DNA of 64,000 nucleotides from a virus. The stretch lies in IMG/VR virus record IMGVR_UViG_3300027801_000011, positions 1 through 64,000 of that record; one strand, 5' to 3'. The translations under genes were made by a program, and so were the position numbers. Below are positions 54,627-64,000 of this stretch, one piece after another; the stretch's first letter is position 1; every line of letters starts with the position of its first letter. The notes below the pieces were generated by a model. It had not been told where the DNA came from and did not search any database. It worked only from the letters and a program-made list of their open reading frames with translations.

Positions 54627-55273
54627 TGCAAGGTAAAATGAGTTTAAAAGAATTAAGTGCTATGGTTAATGTCAACAATAAGGCGTTCGATGCTAATCGA
54701 CGGCCTGATATGTACCAGCATCCGAAGAACAGACCCTTTCAAGTGGGATATCCGCTCATTCAACAGCATGTTGATCTGCCAGAGGGTGTAGATGAGGAAC
54801 TTATACAGATTATCAAGGGCCGAGGTGATACACAACGTCACAAAACGAACGTCAAAGCGGATATGACGGATTGGTTCATGCAAAAACAGCACCCACAGTT
54901 TCAATTGGTGGGCGATGTAGCGATTGAACTCGCAAAACGTGAGTCTCCCTATGACATGGCGATGGAACTGTTCGATTGTTGGGGTGTCATCTATCAAAAA
55001 GACGATTGGACAAAGGCCCACGATCATTGGCCTCACCCGTGGTCGTTCGTTTATTACATAAGATGCGGAGTAGACGATTCGCCCCTAGCGTTCCCCGATG
55101 GATATCAAGGTGAGCATCATTTGAAGCCTGTTTCTGGTGACATGATCCTCTTTCCAGGCCATTTGAGGCACAAAGTACCCAGACAAACGCATGATTCAGA
55201 GAGAATCATAGTGGCAGGGAACATTTCACCCATGCTTTTACCTTTGGCACACCCTTTTAGAAGGTTTGATTAG
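54626..55273 (+). CDS. 2OG-Fe(II) oxygenase (HxH type)
   Basis: AHDHWP...LFPGHLRHKV...RIIVAGN. Confidence 0.85.
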   Translation: MQGKMSLKELSAMVNVNNKAFDANRRPDMYQHPKNRPFQVGYPLIQQHVDLPEGVDEELIQIIKGRGDTQRHKTNVKADMTDWFMQKQHPQFQLVGDVAIELAKRESPYDMAMELFDCWGVIYQKDDWTKAHDHWPHPWSFVYYIRCGVDDSPLAFPDGYQGEHHLKPVSGDMILFPGHLRHKVPRQTHDSERIIVAGNISPMLLPLAHPFRRFD

Positions 55274-55289
55274 TCTAAATAAACTTCAC

Positions 55290-55508
55290 ATGACAATAAG
55301 AACCACAAAAACGGGAAACAAGTTTCGTGTAATGGTCTTAGAAGACCCTAATGTTCCAGATGTGTATCTGGAGTATCAGAGCGGACTGAGCTTTGAGGAG
55401 GCACATGAGATGTTAGCCTTCTACGCAGACCAAGGAAAGAATGACTTGGTACTTGAAGAATACTATCCAGATGCTAATCGTATAGGACGCAATCCCGAGC
55501 TCCATTAA
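55290..55508 (+). CDS. hypothetical protein
   Basis: ORF ending IGRNPELH. Confidence 0.55.
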   Translation: MTIRTTKTGNKFRVMVLEDPNVPDVYLEYQSGLSFEEAHEMLAFYADQGKNDLVLEEYYPDANRIGRNPELH

Positions 55509-55512
55509 TCCT

Positions 55513-55520
55513 TATAAATA
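55513..55520 (+). promoter_or_regulatory. T4-type late promoter
   Basis: TATAAATA before gp5. Confidence 0.8.
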
Positions 55521-55525
55521 GGTTT

Positions 55526-57040
55526 ATGGAAACAGAAAATCAATATTTTATGGGCATGGACGGATTCGTATGGTTCGTTGGTGTTGTTGAAGATCGTAAC
55601 GATCCAGACCAACAAGGCAGGGTTCGAATACGCTGTCTAGGATATCATAGTCAGAACCATCATGAGGTTCCAACAACTGATCTACCTTGGGCTCACGTTA
55701 TGCATCCCGTCACAGACCCTTCTATGCATGGAATGGGCAACAGTCCTTCTTGGCTTGTTGAAGGCTCTTGGATTATCGGATTCTTTCGAGATGCAATAGA
55801 GAAACAACAACCCATCATCATAGGTTCAATGCCTGGCCAACCTTCTGAGGTTGCGAACTACCGAACAGGGTTCAACGATCCTCGACACAAAGAGTCCACT
55901 CAGACAAATGATGCTGGTATTAAAGAATATGCAGCCAACCCAGAAGATGAGGCGGATTACGGCCCCTATCCTTTGGGAGCGATAAAGGATAACTCTCTAC
56001 CAGAAGACAAACAAACGAAATTCAGTAGGTTCTCTGGACACACTGTCGGAGAAACGGACACAAGTCGTTTGGGTAGAGGTATAACATCAGAAAATCATGC
56101 TGCACTATCACGAAGACGCAAGCAACGCCGTACGAAGATACCTACTGCCACCAAACCATTCATACCTACGGTTGAAAACCTTAGTGTAAATGGAACTAAT
56201 AAAGCAGATGTGATGAAACCGTGGGATGAATTGCATCCTAAAGGTCTAACCAAGGATGCATCTCCCTATATCTCAGCCGCTTATCCATACAACCACGTAT
56301 ATGAGAGCGAGTCTGGTCATCTTATGGAGATTGACGATACGCCAGGCGGAGAAAGACTCCACAGAGAGCATATGTCTGGTACGTTTGAAGAGATTCATCC
56401 AAAAGGAGATAAGGTTGTCAAGGTTGTCGGATCGAACTACGAGATTATCGCTGGTTCCTCTAATGTTATTATAACAGGAGATGTAAATCTTACAATAGAA
56501 GGCACGAAGAAAGAACTTATCAAGGGAGATTACGTTCTAGAGGTAGAAGGCGATTATACGAGGAAGATACATAAGAACGAGAGAATGAAAGTTGGGTCTG
56601 GAATAGGTGGCAACCTAGAACAAGAGATTGTTGGAAACAATTCCTTCAATATCAATGGTGCAGTAAAGGGCCGGATTAATAAAGACTCCGATACTACCAT
56701 TGTAGGAAACCAACAACACACCGTAGAGGGATTCCAACGTACTTCTATCACAGGAGACATCGGCAGGAAGTCTACTAAGGGTTCTATTATGGATGAGGCG
56801 TTTGTTAACTACTCTCAACTGTCGATATCTGGTATCATGTCTGTCAAGTCTGGTACAACAGGTAACTTTAAGACTGCTGATGTCATGACAATTCATTCAG
56901 AGGCCGCAACCAATTGGCGTTCCGAAGGCTTGGTTACAGAAACCTTCGAAGCAAGTCATACTAATAACACTACAGGGATTTTCGACTTGAACGTATCGAC
57001 TGAAGTTGATATCGACAGTGCGTTGATTAACTTAAACTAG
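55526..57040 (+). CDS. baseplate central spike (gp5-like), no lysozyme domain
   Basis: WFVGVVEDRNDP...GRVRIRC.G.H OB-fold; YPYNHVYESESGH..E.DDTPG; beta-helix repeats. Confidence 0.92.
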   Translation: METENQYFMGMDGFVWFVGVVEDRNDPDQQGRVRIRCLGYHSQNHHEVPTTDLPWAHVMHPVTDPSMHGMGNSPSWLVEGSWIIGFFRDAIEKQQPIIIGSMPGQPSEVANYRTGFNDPRHKESTQTNDAGIKEYAANPEDEADYGPYPLGAIKDNSLPEDKQTKFSRFSGHTVGETDTSRLGRGITSENHAALSRRRKQRRTKIPTATKPFIPTVENLSVNGTNKADVMKPWDELHPKGLTKDASPYISAAYPYNHVYESESGHLMEIDDTPGGERLHREHMSGTFEEIHPKGDKVVKVVGSNYEIIAGSSNVIITGDVNLTIEGTKKELIKGDYVLEVEGDYTRKIHKNERMKVGSGIGGNLEQEIVGNNSFNINGAVKGRINKDSDTTIVGNQQHTVEGFQRTSITGDIGRKSTKGSIMDEAFVNYSQLSISGIMSVKSGTTGNFKTADVMTIHSEAATNWRSEGLVTETFEASHTNNTTGIFDLNVSTEVDIDSALINLN

Positions 57041-57048
57041 GAGATGTT

Positions 57049-57345
57049 ATGCCAGAAGTAACAAGAGTGGAATCAGACCAGCATGTAGGACACGCAAGTC
57101 CTACGCCAGGCCCATTCCACAAAACAGCATATGCAACAGGTTCGCCAGATGTGTTTGTGAATGGTAAAAAGTGTACACGTATTACAGACACTACGGCTTG
57201 TGGTGATCCAGCTGTGGTAGGAAGTGCAACTGTATTTGCAAACGGTCTTAAAGTTCATCGTAAAGGTGACGGGACAGGTGGTCATGCTTCATGGGTTCCT
57301 AATGCTTCTGCATCTGGTTCACCTAATGTGTTTGCTGGAGGTTAA
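57049..57345 (+). CDS. PAAR spike-tip protein (gp5.4-like)
   Basis: GSPDVFVNG...CGD....GSATVFANG...GSPNVFAG. Confidence 0.9.
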   Translation: MPEVTRVESDQHVGHASPTPGPFHKTAYATGSPDVFVNGKKCTRITDTTACGDPAVVGSATVFANGLKVHRKGDGTGGHASWVPNASASGSPNVFAGG

Positions 57346-57347
57346 CT

Positions 57348-58067
57348 ATGGATTTTAATGTACCTAATTTGCCAGGCGCTAGTGCCATATACAATAAGAT
57401 TGCAGCCAAAGTTGCGGATATCGAAAAGGATATTAAAGCAGCGCTAGATATTACGGCTTCTGAAATCAAAGCGATCATGGATGCTAACATGGTAGACCTT
57501 GTGGAAAGAACCAAAGGTCTTATTCCAGAGTTGCCGACTACCACTCCTGTAAATTTTCAAGCAGAGGTGGAAGGTTTGCTTTCTATGGCACCCACTAGTG
57601 CTATCTATGCGGAAAAGCTTGCATCACTAACAACAAGTTTTGGCCCAGGCCTAAAAGATGCTGGATATGCGTTAGATGATTTGGTAGTTGCTGGAGCAGC
57701 TGCATTGAAAGGTGATGCTGCCAGTCTGGCCGGAGCAATACCTAACTTTGAAATACCGCCTGGTTCTCTAGATGCAATTGAAGTTGCACACGCATCTTTA
57801 ATGCCAGACCTGTTAACCTTAAAAGAGGCCGCTCATAAATTTTCGGAAGATGTTTCGGAAGATGATATCAAAGGATTGTTTGGAGATAAGTTCTCTACGG
57901 AAGAATTAAATAAAACCAAAACTGCTATGGAAGCTCATGCGAAACAGATTGAAAAGGTATGGGGAGCTAAAATGAAAAGACTTGGAGTTGAAATTGAAGC
58001 AAGGGCAGAAGAAGTTAGAAAAGATTCACAAAACATCGGCACTTCAGCTGAAGTTATATCACTATAG
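57348..58067 (+). CDS. hypothetical virion-associated protein
   Basis: In the late operon after PAAR. Confidence 0.55.
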   Translation: MDFNVPNLPGASAIYNKIAAKVADIEKDIKAALDITASEIKAIMDANMVDLVERTKGLIPELPTTTPVNFQAEVEGLLSMAPTSAIYAEKLASLTTSFGPGLKDAGYALDDLVVAGAAALKGDAASLAGAIPNFEIPPGSLDAIEVAHASLMPDLLTLKEAAHKFSEDVSEDDIKGLFGDKFSTEELNKTKTAMEAHAKQIEKVWGAKMKRLGVEIEARAEEVRKDSQNIGTSAEVISL

Positions 58068-58075
58068 GATTAGTT

Positions 58076-58339
58076 ATGGGTAAGAAGAAATCAAGAGAAG
58101 GACAAACATCGAAAGGTGAGCGTAGGAATGTTGTTGCTGGGAAGGGCCCCGATTGGAGTCCCCTAGAAACTCTACATCATAAGGTAGATGCTTGGAAACG
58201 GGGGAAACCAGTAATGCTAACTATTGCTAACCCTATTAAGAGTGAAACGTCAAAACCATTTGTAAAAGTACAAGCAACAGACGTTTGGGGTAAATATACT
58301 CCTTATCTAATGAAGCACAATCCTGCCGCCGGAGTATAA
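58076..58339 (+). CDS. small basic conserved protein
   Basis: SKGERRNV...AWKRGK.V.LTI.NP. Confidence 0.6.
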   Translation: MGKKKSREGQTSKGERRNVVAGKGPDWSPLETLHHKVDAWKRGKPVMLTIANPIKSETSKPFVKVQATDVWGKYTPYLMKHNPAAGV

Positions 58340-58342
58340 ATA
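58335..58342 (+). promoter_or_regulatory. T4-type late promoter
   Basis: TATAAATA before gp25. Confidence 0.8.
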
Positions 58343-58359
58343 GAAGAAGGAGTTAATAA

Positions 58360-58824
58360 ATGTCTACTACGAATACAAATTATGCATGGCGAAATACCGA
58401 TGTTGCTCGTGATGCCGCTGGAGCAGGGGCATCCCGTAGTTCCAATTTGTATACAGACCTTGATTTATTCTTTAGTAAAAACAATACTACTGGTGACGTT
58501 AATACACTAACAGATGTTGCCGCTGTTAAGCGGTCTATACGTAATTTGGTATTGACCAATCAATATGAGAAACCCTTTCATCCAGAAATTTTCTCTGGGG
58601 TAAGGGGGCAGTTGTTTGAACTGATGACTCCTATAACAGCAGTCATTATAGCACGCCAAGTTGAAGATGTTATCACAAACTTTGAACCAAGGGCCAGACT
58701 AGTTGGTGTACGTGCTACACCAGACCTTGATCGTAATATGTATGAAATAACCGTAGAATTTTATATTGTTAATGCTCCTACTGAATTGGTTGACTTAACA
58801 CTAACATTAGAGAGAGTACGATAA
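58360..58824 (+). CDS. baseplate wedge subunit (gp25)
   Basis: YTDLDL, AVKRSIRNLVLT..YEKPFHP, FEPRA. Confidence 0.92.
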   Translation: MSTTNTNYAWRNTDVARDAAGAGASRSSNLYTDLDLFFSKNNTTGDVNTLTDVAAVKRSIRNLVLTNQYEKPFHPEIFSGVRGQLFELMTPITAVIIARQVEDVITNFEPRARLVGVRATPDLDRNMYEITVEFYIVNAPTELVDLTLTLERVR

Positions 58825-60734
58825 TGGCCACAGGAACAAATCGAAGATTAGATGTAACAGAGTTTGATTTTGATGAGGTAAAATCAAATCTAAAAACTTT
58901 CCTCAAAGGGCAGTCTCAGTTTAAAGATTATGACTTTGAAGGTGCTGGTATTAACGTGCTTCTAGATACTCTCGCTTACAACACTCACTACCTTGGTTAT
59001 AACTTGAACATGGTTGCTAATGAGATGTTCTTGGACAGTTCTACTCTACGTTCTAGTATAGTATCACATGCAAAGACACTAGGATACGAAGTTAGTTCTG
59101 CAAGGGCTTCTTATGCGGAAGTTAATATTGTCCTAAACGATGCTTCCAAGGCCTCCGCTGTTATGCCTGCTGGTACAAAGTTTTTAACCAAATTAGATAA
59201 TATAGATTATCAGTATGTCACTGTAGCAGATGTTGTGGCTTCAAGTACTGGAGTGGAGATTCCTTTTAACAATATTAAGATATATGAAGGATCGTATATA
59301 ACAACACGATACGTTGTAGACTCTACCGATCTTAATCAGAGATTTCTTATAAACGACAACTCTACTGATACGACAACTCTTACTGTTAAGGTACAGAACT
59401 CCGTATCTGATTCTACGACAACCAAATACACCAGAGCATCTGACATAACTCAATTGATAGGTGATTCTACAGTTTACTTCTTACAGGAAGTCGAGAACGG
59501 AAAGACGGAAATCTATTTCGGTGACGGTGTTACTAGTGCTAAAGTTCTGGACGGTAATGTAGTTTACCTTGAATATGTTATATCAAACAAGGCCGCTGGA
59601 AATGGTGCGAAAGACTTTACTCCATCTGGGGGTATTGATTCAGTAACAGACGTTACGGTCACTACACTTAACAGATCGATAGGTGGTGCAGAATCAGAAT
59701 CACTGGCTTCTATAAAACTAAATGCTCCCTTGGATTACGCTTCTCAAGGGCGATGTGTTACTACGGAAGACTATAAAGTTTATGCAAGGAAACTGTTTCC
59801 GCAAACTCAAGCGGTAATGGTGTTCGGCGGAGAAGCCGGTTCCTTTGATCCTAGTCTTGGTGTAACAAGTACAGCGTCTTATGGTAGAGTTTATATATCA
59901 ATCAAATCTACCACAGGAAATAATTTAACAATATCTCAGAAAGAGCTACTTGTATCTCAGTTAGGAAAATTTAATGTTGCTTCTATTACTCCTGTCATTA
60001 TTGACCCAGACGTAACCTCACTAATTTTGAATATTGGATTCAAATACGACTCCAGTAAAACCACCAAAGAAAAATCTGGCCTGCAAACTGCCGTTATCAA
60101 TGAGTTAAAAGATTATAACAACAAACAGCTAAAATCTTTTAACCAAGTATTCCGTTTCTCTAACGTGTCTGCTATTGTTGATAGTGTGGACACATCGATT
60201 TTAAATAATACAATGACTGTTACTATGTCTAAAAAAATCGAACCAGTGCTAAATGTTAAACGTGGTTACTTCCTATATTTCAATAACCCAATTTACAACC
60301 CCCATCCGACACATAACGAAGAGAATGGCGGTGTTACTACTTCATCAGGCTTCTATCAAGACGGGAATACTACTAACGAAATATTCTTTGATGATGATGG
60401 TGAGGGGAATATGAGAACATACTATATTTCTGGTATTACCAGATTATATACAAATCGTCTAGCAGGGAAAATTGATTACAATACAGGCTCAATCGTAATC
60501 AACTCTATCAACATTACGAAGATGTCTAAAGTGGATGGATTGAAAACAACTACAATCCGAATTACTGCTTTACCGACATCTAAAGATATTGTACCTGTTC
60601 GAAATCAGATATTAGAATTAGACATAGTGAACTTAGGATGCGTAGGAGAAATAGATACAATTGCTGTTGGGGATGCTGGTGCTAGTTCAACCTATACCAC
60701 CACACCTTCAGCTCCAGATAATAAGAGTTATTAA
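58824..60734 (+). CDS. baseplate wedge subunit (gp6)
   Basis: DFDEVKSNLK, DYDFEG, LAYNTHY, NEMFLDS, YFGDG, QGRCVTTEDY. Confidence 0.94.
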   Translation: MATGTNRRLDVTEFDFDEVKSNLKTFLKGQSQFKDYDFEGAGINVLLDTLAYNTHYLGYNLNMVANEMFLDSSTLRSSIVSHAKTLGYEVSSARASYAEVNIVLNDASKASAVMPAGTKFLTKLDNIDYQYVTVADVVASSTGVEIPFNNIKIYEGSYITTRYVVDSTDLNQRFLINDNSTDTTTLTVKVQNSVSDSTTTKYTRASDITQLIGDSTVYFLQEVENGKTEIYFGDGVTSAKVLDGNVVYLEYVISNKAAGNGAKDFTPSGGIDSVTDVTVTTLNRSIGGAESESLASIKLNAPLDYASQGRCVTTEDYKVYARKLFPQTQAVMVFGGEAGSFDPSLGVTSTASYGRVYISIKSTTGNNLTISQKELLVSQLGKFNVASITPVIIDPDVTSLILNIGFKYDSSKTTKEKSGLQTAVINELKDYNNKQLKSFNQVFRFSNVSAIVDSVDTSILNNTMTVTMSKKIEPVLNVKRGYFLYFNNPIYNPHPTHNEENGGVTTSSGFYQDGNTTNEIFFDDDGEGNMRTYYISGITRLYTNRLAGKIDYNTGSIVINSINITKMSKVDGLKTTTIRITALPTSKDIVPVRNQILELDIVNLGCVGEIDTIAVGDAGASSTYTTTPSAPDNKSY

Positions 60735-60737
60735 CAG

Positions 60738-63700
60738 ATGGCGCCCTTTGATGCAGAATTAACAACTAAAATTTCTCCACTGATAGAAGGCCAGGTGCCT
60801 GATTATCTTCAGGCAGAGAATCCAAAGTTTGTCGAATTTCTAAAACAGTATTATCAGTTTTTGGAAGCTGCTGAACTACGGGTCAGTGGTATTATTAATA
60901 ATATAGTTTTAGAGAATACTGATGTTCGATATCTACGTAGTGAAGATGGCACAAAGATTGTTGCTGAATCAGGCGTAGGTACTACTGGTAAATTTATCGA
61001 AGGTGAATTAATAACTGGTACTGATACCAAAGCTACAGCTACAGTTTTGATTGATGATCTAGATCAAGAAAAACCTAGATTGTTTATTTCCTCTACTCAG
61101 AAATTTAATATAGGTGAAACGGTCACGGGTGCAACTTCTGGTGCTTCTGCTCAGATCATTCAGTATCGTGCTAATCCTATTCAGAACATACAACAACTAT
61201 TAGATTACTCCAATGTGGACAATACTACTTCCACAGTATTAGATGAAATGCAACGGCAGTTTATGGATGCTATTCCAGAGACTTTGGCTAATGGAGTTTC
61301 TAAGAGAAATCTATTAAAGAATATTAAAGACCTCTATGCGGCTAAAGGAACTTCTGAAGGACATAAACTCTTTATGCGTTTGATGTTTGCTGAAGAGGCA
61401 GAAATCTTCTATCCTACACAATACATGTTAAGAGCATCAGATGGTAACTGGACTAAGAAATCTGTTATCCGTTGTGAAAATTCACAAGGAGCAAATGGTC
61501 AAGAAGTTATAGGACAGACACTAGTAGGACGATCCTCTGGTGCTTCAGTCTTTGTTATTAATGCAGTTACGTTTGCCCAAGGTAGTGCTTCCATAACAGA
61601 ATTCGATGTAGACTTACGATATGTTGTTGGTACTTTTATTGATGGTGAAACTCTAACGGCCGATGGACTACTAACCTTCACCGAACAAAATTTTACTATT
61701 CAAAAGATTATCGCAAGTGCCACAGTAGATAACGGTGGTATACTTTACAATGCTGGTGACATTATTTCTATTAGTGCTGGTGGTAACAATGCAGCTCGTG
61801 CTCAAGTCAACACTACTGGTGTTGGTACTGTGGATGGTGTTCATATCGATACTGGGGGTTCTGGTTATAGAGTTGGCGATAGATTTGTTTTCACTAGTGA
61901 TGCTACATCTCAACCAGCTGAGGGTTATGTCTCTTCTATTGGTGGATCGTTTCTTTTAGAAAACAATGAAAATATAGACGGTGTGATCAGCGAAGATTAC
62001 TTATCACAGGAAGAAAATACAACTTATCAATATGCAGATATTAATATAGGACTAGAAGAAGGTGGTTCACTATTAATAGATGCTACAGACTCCAGCGGGA
62101 CAGATGAGAATTGGTATTTTGATTATGAGGCCGCCGTTGAACGAAAGTTAATAGCGGACGGTAATGCTTCTAAAAGAATTACCTTTGAAGCTAACACCAA
62201 CTTAACGTATGGTGAAATCGCAAACGTGATAGTGACAACCAGAGGCGCTGGTTATATTAGGTTGCCTCAAATTTCAATAACATCTGTGAATGGTACAGGT
62301 GGTAAAATTATTCCTACTACAAATACTATTGGTACAATTCAAGATGTGTCTATTGTTGATGCTGGGTTTAACTATAAGGTTGTTCCCGAAGCAGCCGTTG
62401 ATGCTAAGTTTATTGTTAAACAAGTCTCTGGATCATTTTCTGCGGCAGAGAAATTAACAACTCACACAGGTACAGTTACGGGTTGGAGTTCCCAAGATCA
62501 AGTACTCTCAGTTTCAATTGAAGATGTTATCCGTATTAAGATGGAACAAGAGACTGCTGACATAAATGAGAATATCCAATTAGAAGTAAATACCGATAAT
62601 GAATTTAATAGAGTACTAGGTGAGAATGCTGTAGAAGGAAACACTGGCCCAGAACTAGTTGCTAGAGGTTTGGATGATGTAGACACTACTGGTATTGTAG
62701 TAAAAGAAGAATACAGATATGATATAGAAGATCAACTAGTACTTGATTCAGATGGTAGTACTAAGGTAACAATTCCTTTAGAACGGCCGTCTGCCCCAGG
62801 CCCTAGAGCAGTCTTCAATCAACCATCTGTGGCATCAGGCATGACGCCGTTTCCGCCTTTACGACATCAATTTCCAGACCCTGGCTTGGGGGGATATGAT
62901 AATGACGGCGCACTCTTTAGAGAGAACGTAGAACTTGAACAAAGATTTGTTGGCCCCGATGGTTTTGAGGATACTATTTTTGATGGTGTGACTAAGTTGC
63001 CTTCTCTTACTACTTACAGTGGTGCGTTTTCTGATGTTAACCTTCTATTAGAAGGTACTGCTGTGGGTGATGATCTACAATTAAATGGCACAGATGCAAG
63101 TCAGACTGACGCTGGTGATGATTTCCGTCAAGAAGATGGATCAACAGGCTCTGGTATGGGCGACAAGTTGATACAGGAATCCTTGGATGATGGTAATAGA
63201 GTTCGATACGAAACTCATGGCATGGTGGATAACCTCCAGTATAAGAAAGATAAGTTTCAATTAAACGGAACTAAAGAACAAGTATATACTAGTGGTGGTT
63301 GGGTTGATGCAGATCGAGCAACTTCTGAAGAGTTACAGATAGTCAGCAGTCACGTTGTTGTTGAACCTGGCAAAGAAGGTGATAGAATTATTACAGAAGA
63401 CGGCGTTGATCTTATAGTGCTGGATGGTACTAATGGTAAAGCGCTTTTTAGAATAGGGTCTGCTGCGACATTCTGGGAGAAGACACTTGACGAAGGTAGC
63501 TACCTTAGAAACGAACCATTGCCAGATCGATATGTTAATGTTGAACACCCATCATCTAGAATAGTAGATGATACAGATGGTATTTTACTAGAAGATGCAT
63601 CTGCTCAATCTACTGTTAACTGGACAGAGTATTTGATTCTACAGGGTCAAGATGGTACTTCTAATTCTGATGCTGACGGTTGGTATACTGAGTACACAGA

Positions 63701-64000
63701 TTATAAAGCTTCTCATGGTAACGATGATAGAGACATTTGGATTTTAGAAGATGGAGATTGTGTCTTATCAGAAGAGTCTGTAGATGACCCTAATGGTGGA
63801 TTTGATGCTGCCACATTATTGGCAAGGACTACTAATTCGGGAAGTAGAGTTATACTCGACAATAATATTGTGGGTGGTCTTGATGATATTCATATTGTTC
63901 TAGATGGGACAGATACAGAATTGACAAATGCCGGCGGGTATATGCTTCACGATGGTTTCTCTACAACAGAAAGAGGTGGAACAACTCTAGTACAAGAGAG
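60738..64000 (+). CDS. baseplate wedge initiator (gp7-like), very long, runs off the window
   Basis: MAPFDAELTTKISPLIEGQVPDYL...FVEFLKQYYQFLE, IKDLYAAKGT, SDGNW; later acidic L.GTD/LLED repeats; no stop noticed. Confidence 0.85.
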   Translation, partial: MAPFDAELTTKISPLIEGQVPDYLQAENPKFVEFLKQYYQFLEAAELRVSGIINNIVLENTDVRYLRSEDGTKIVAESGVGTTGKFIEGELITGTDTKATATVLIDDLDQEKPRLFISSTQKFNIGETVTGATSGASAQIIQYRANPIQNIQQLLDYSNVDNTTSTVLDEMQRQFMDAIPETLANGVSKRNLLKNIKDLYAAKGTSEGHKLFMRLMFAEEAEIFYPTQYMLRASDGNWTKKSVIRCENSQGANGQEVIGQTLVGRSSGASVFVINAVTFAQGSASITEFDVDLRYVVGTFIDGETLTADGLLTFTEQNFTIQKIIASATVDNGGILYNAGDIISISAGGNNAARAQVNTTGVGTVDGVHIDTGGSGYRVGDRFVFTSDATSQPAEGYVSSIGGSFLLENNENIDGVISEDYLSQEENTTYQYADINIGLEEGGSLLIDATDSSGTDENWYFDYEAAVERKLIADGNASKRITFEANTNLTYGEIANVIVTTRGAGYIRLPQISITSVNGTGGKIIPTTNTIGTIQDVSIVDAGFNYKVVPEAAVDAKFIVKQVSGSFSAAEKLTTHTGTVTGWSSQDQVLSVSIEDVIRIKMEQETADINENIQLEVNTDNEFNRVLGENAVEGNTGPELVARGLDDVDTTGIVVKEEYRYDIEDQLVLDSDGSTKVTIPLERPSAPGPRAVFNQPSVASGMTPFPPLRHQFPDPGLGGYDNDGALFRENVELEQRFVGPDGFEDTIFDGVTKLPSLTTYSGAFSDVNLLLEGTAVGDDLQLNGTDASQTDAGDDFRQEDGSTGSGMGDKLIQESLDDGNRVRYETHGMVDNLQYKKDKFQLNGTKEQVYTSGGWVDADRATSEELQIVSSHVVVEPGKEGDRIITEDGVDLIVLDGTNGKALFRIGSAATFWEKTLDEGSYLRNEPLPDRYVNVEHPSSRIVDDTDGILLEDASAQSTVNWTEYLILQGQDGTSNSDADGWYTEYTDYKASHGNDDRDIWILEDGDCVLSEESVDDPNGGFDAATLLARTTNSGSRVILDNNIVGGLDDIHIVLDGTDTELTNAGGYMLHDGFSTTERGGTTLVQE

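Overview
A 64-kb segment of a large, AT-rich T4-like myophage, probably marine. The host is most likely an alphaproteobacterium, inferred from a circularly permuted alpha-type tmRNA and a class II B12 ribonucleotide reductase. Replication and nucleotide genes: gp61, nrdJ, RNase H, gp33, gp59, thyX, gp32, gp41. Tail/baseplate/head genes: tape-measure-like, gp51, gp26, gp54-like, gp2, gp4, gp48, gp53, gp27-like, gp5, PAAR, gp25, gp6, partial gp7-like. Lysis genes are dispersed (spanin pair, holin-like, GH24 lysozyme, SleB). Accessory genes include bS21, PhoH, MazG-like, IscA/HesB, an SSS transporter, methyltransferases, eight Fe(II) oxygenases, a flavin halogenase and a lipoprotein cluster. The most notable signals are RNA-level: (1) a glutamine-I (glnA) riboswitch in front of an unannotated, highly basic 35-aa peptide; (2) a two-piece tmRNA whose intervening segment holds a small membrane-protein ORF; (3) a three-way-junction RNA motif I do not recognise, present twice with compensatory changes right after early promoters; (4) two candidate recoding sites (an A9 run adding an acidic + transmembrane tail, and T TTT TTC fusing gp26 to gp51). 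A kinase and a ligase-like protein with capsid-targeting-like N-termini may form an injected repair pair. All calls come from reading motifs by eye; no searches were run.
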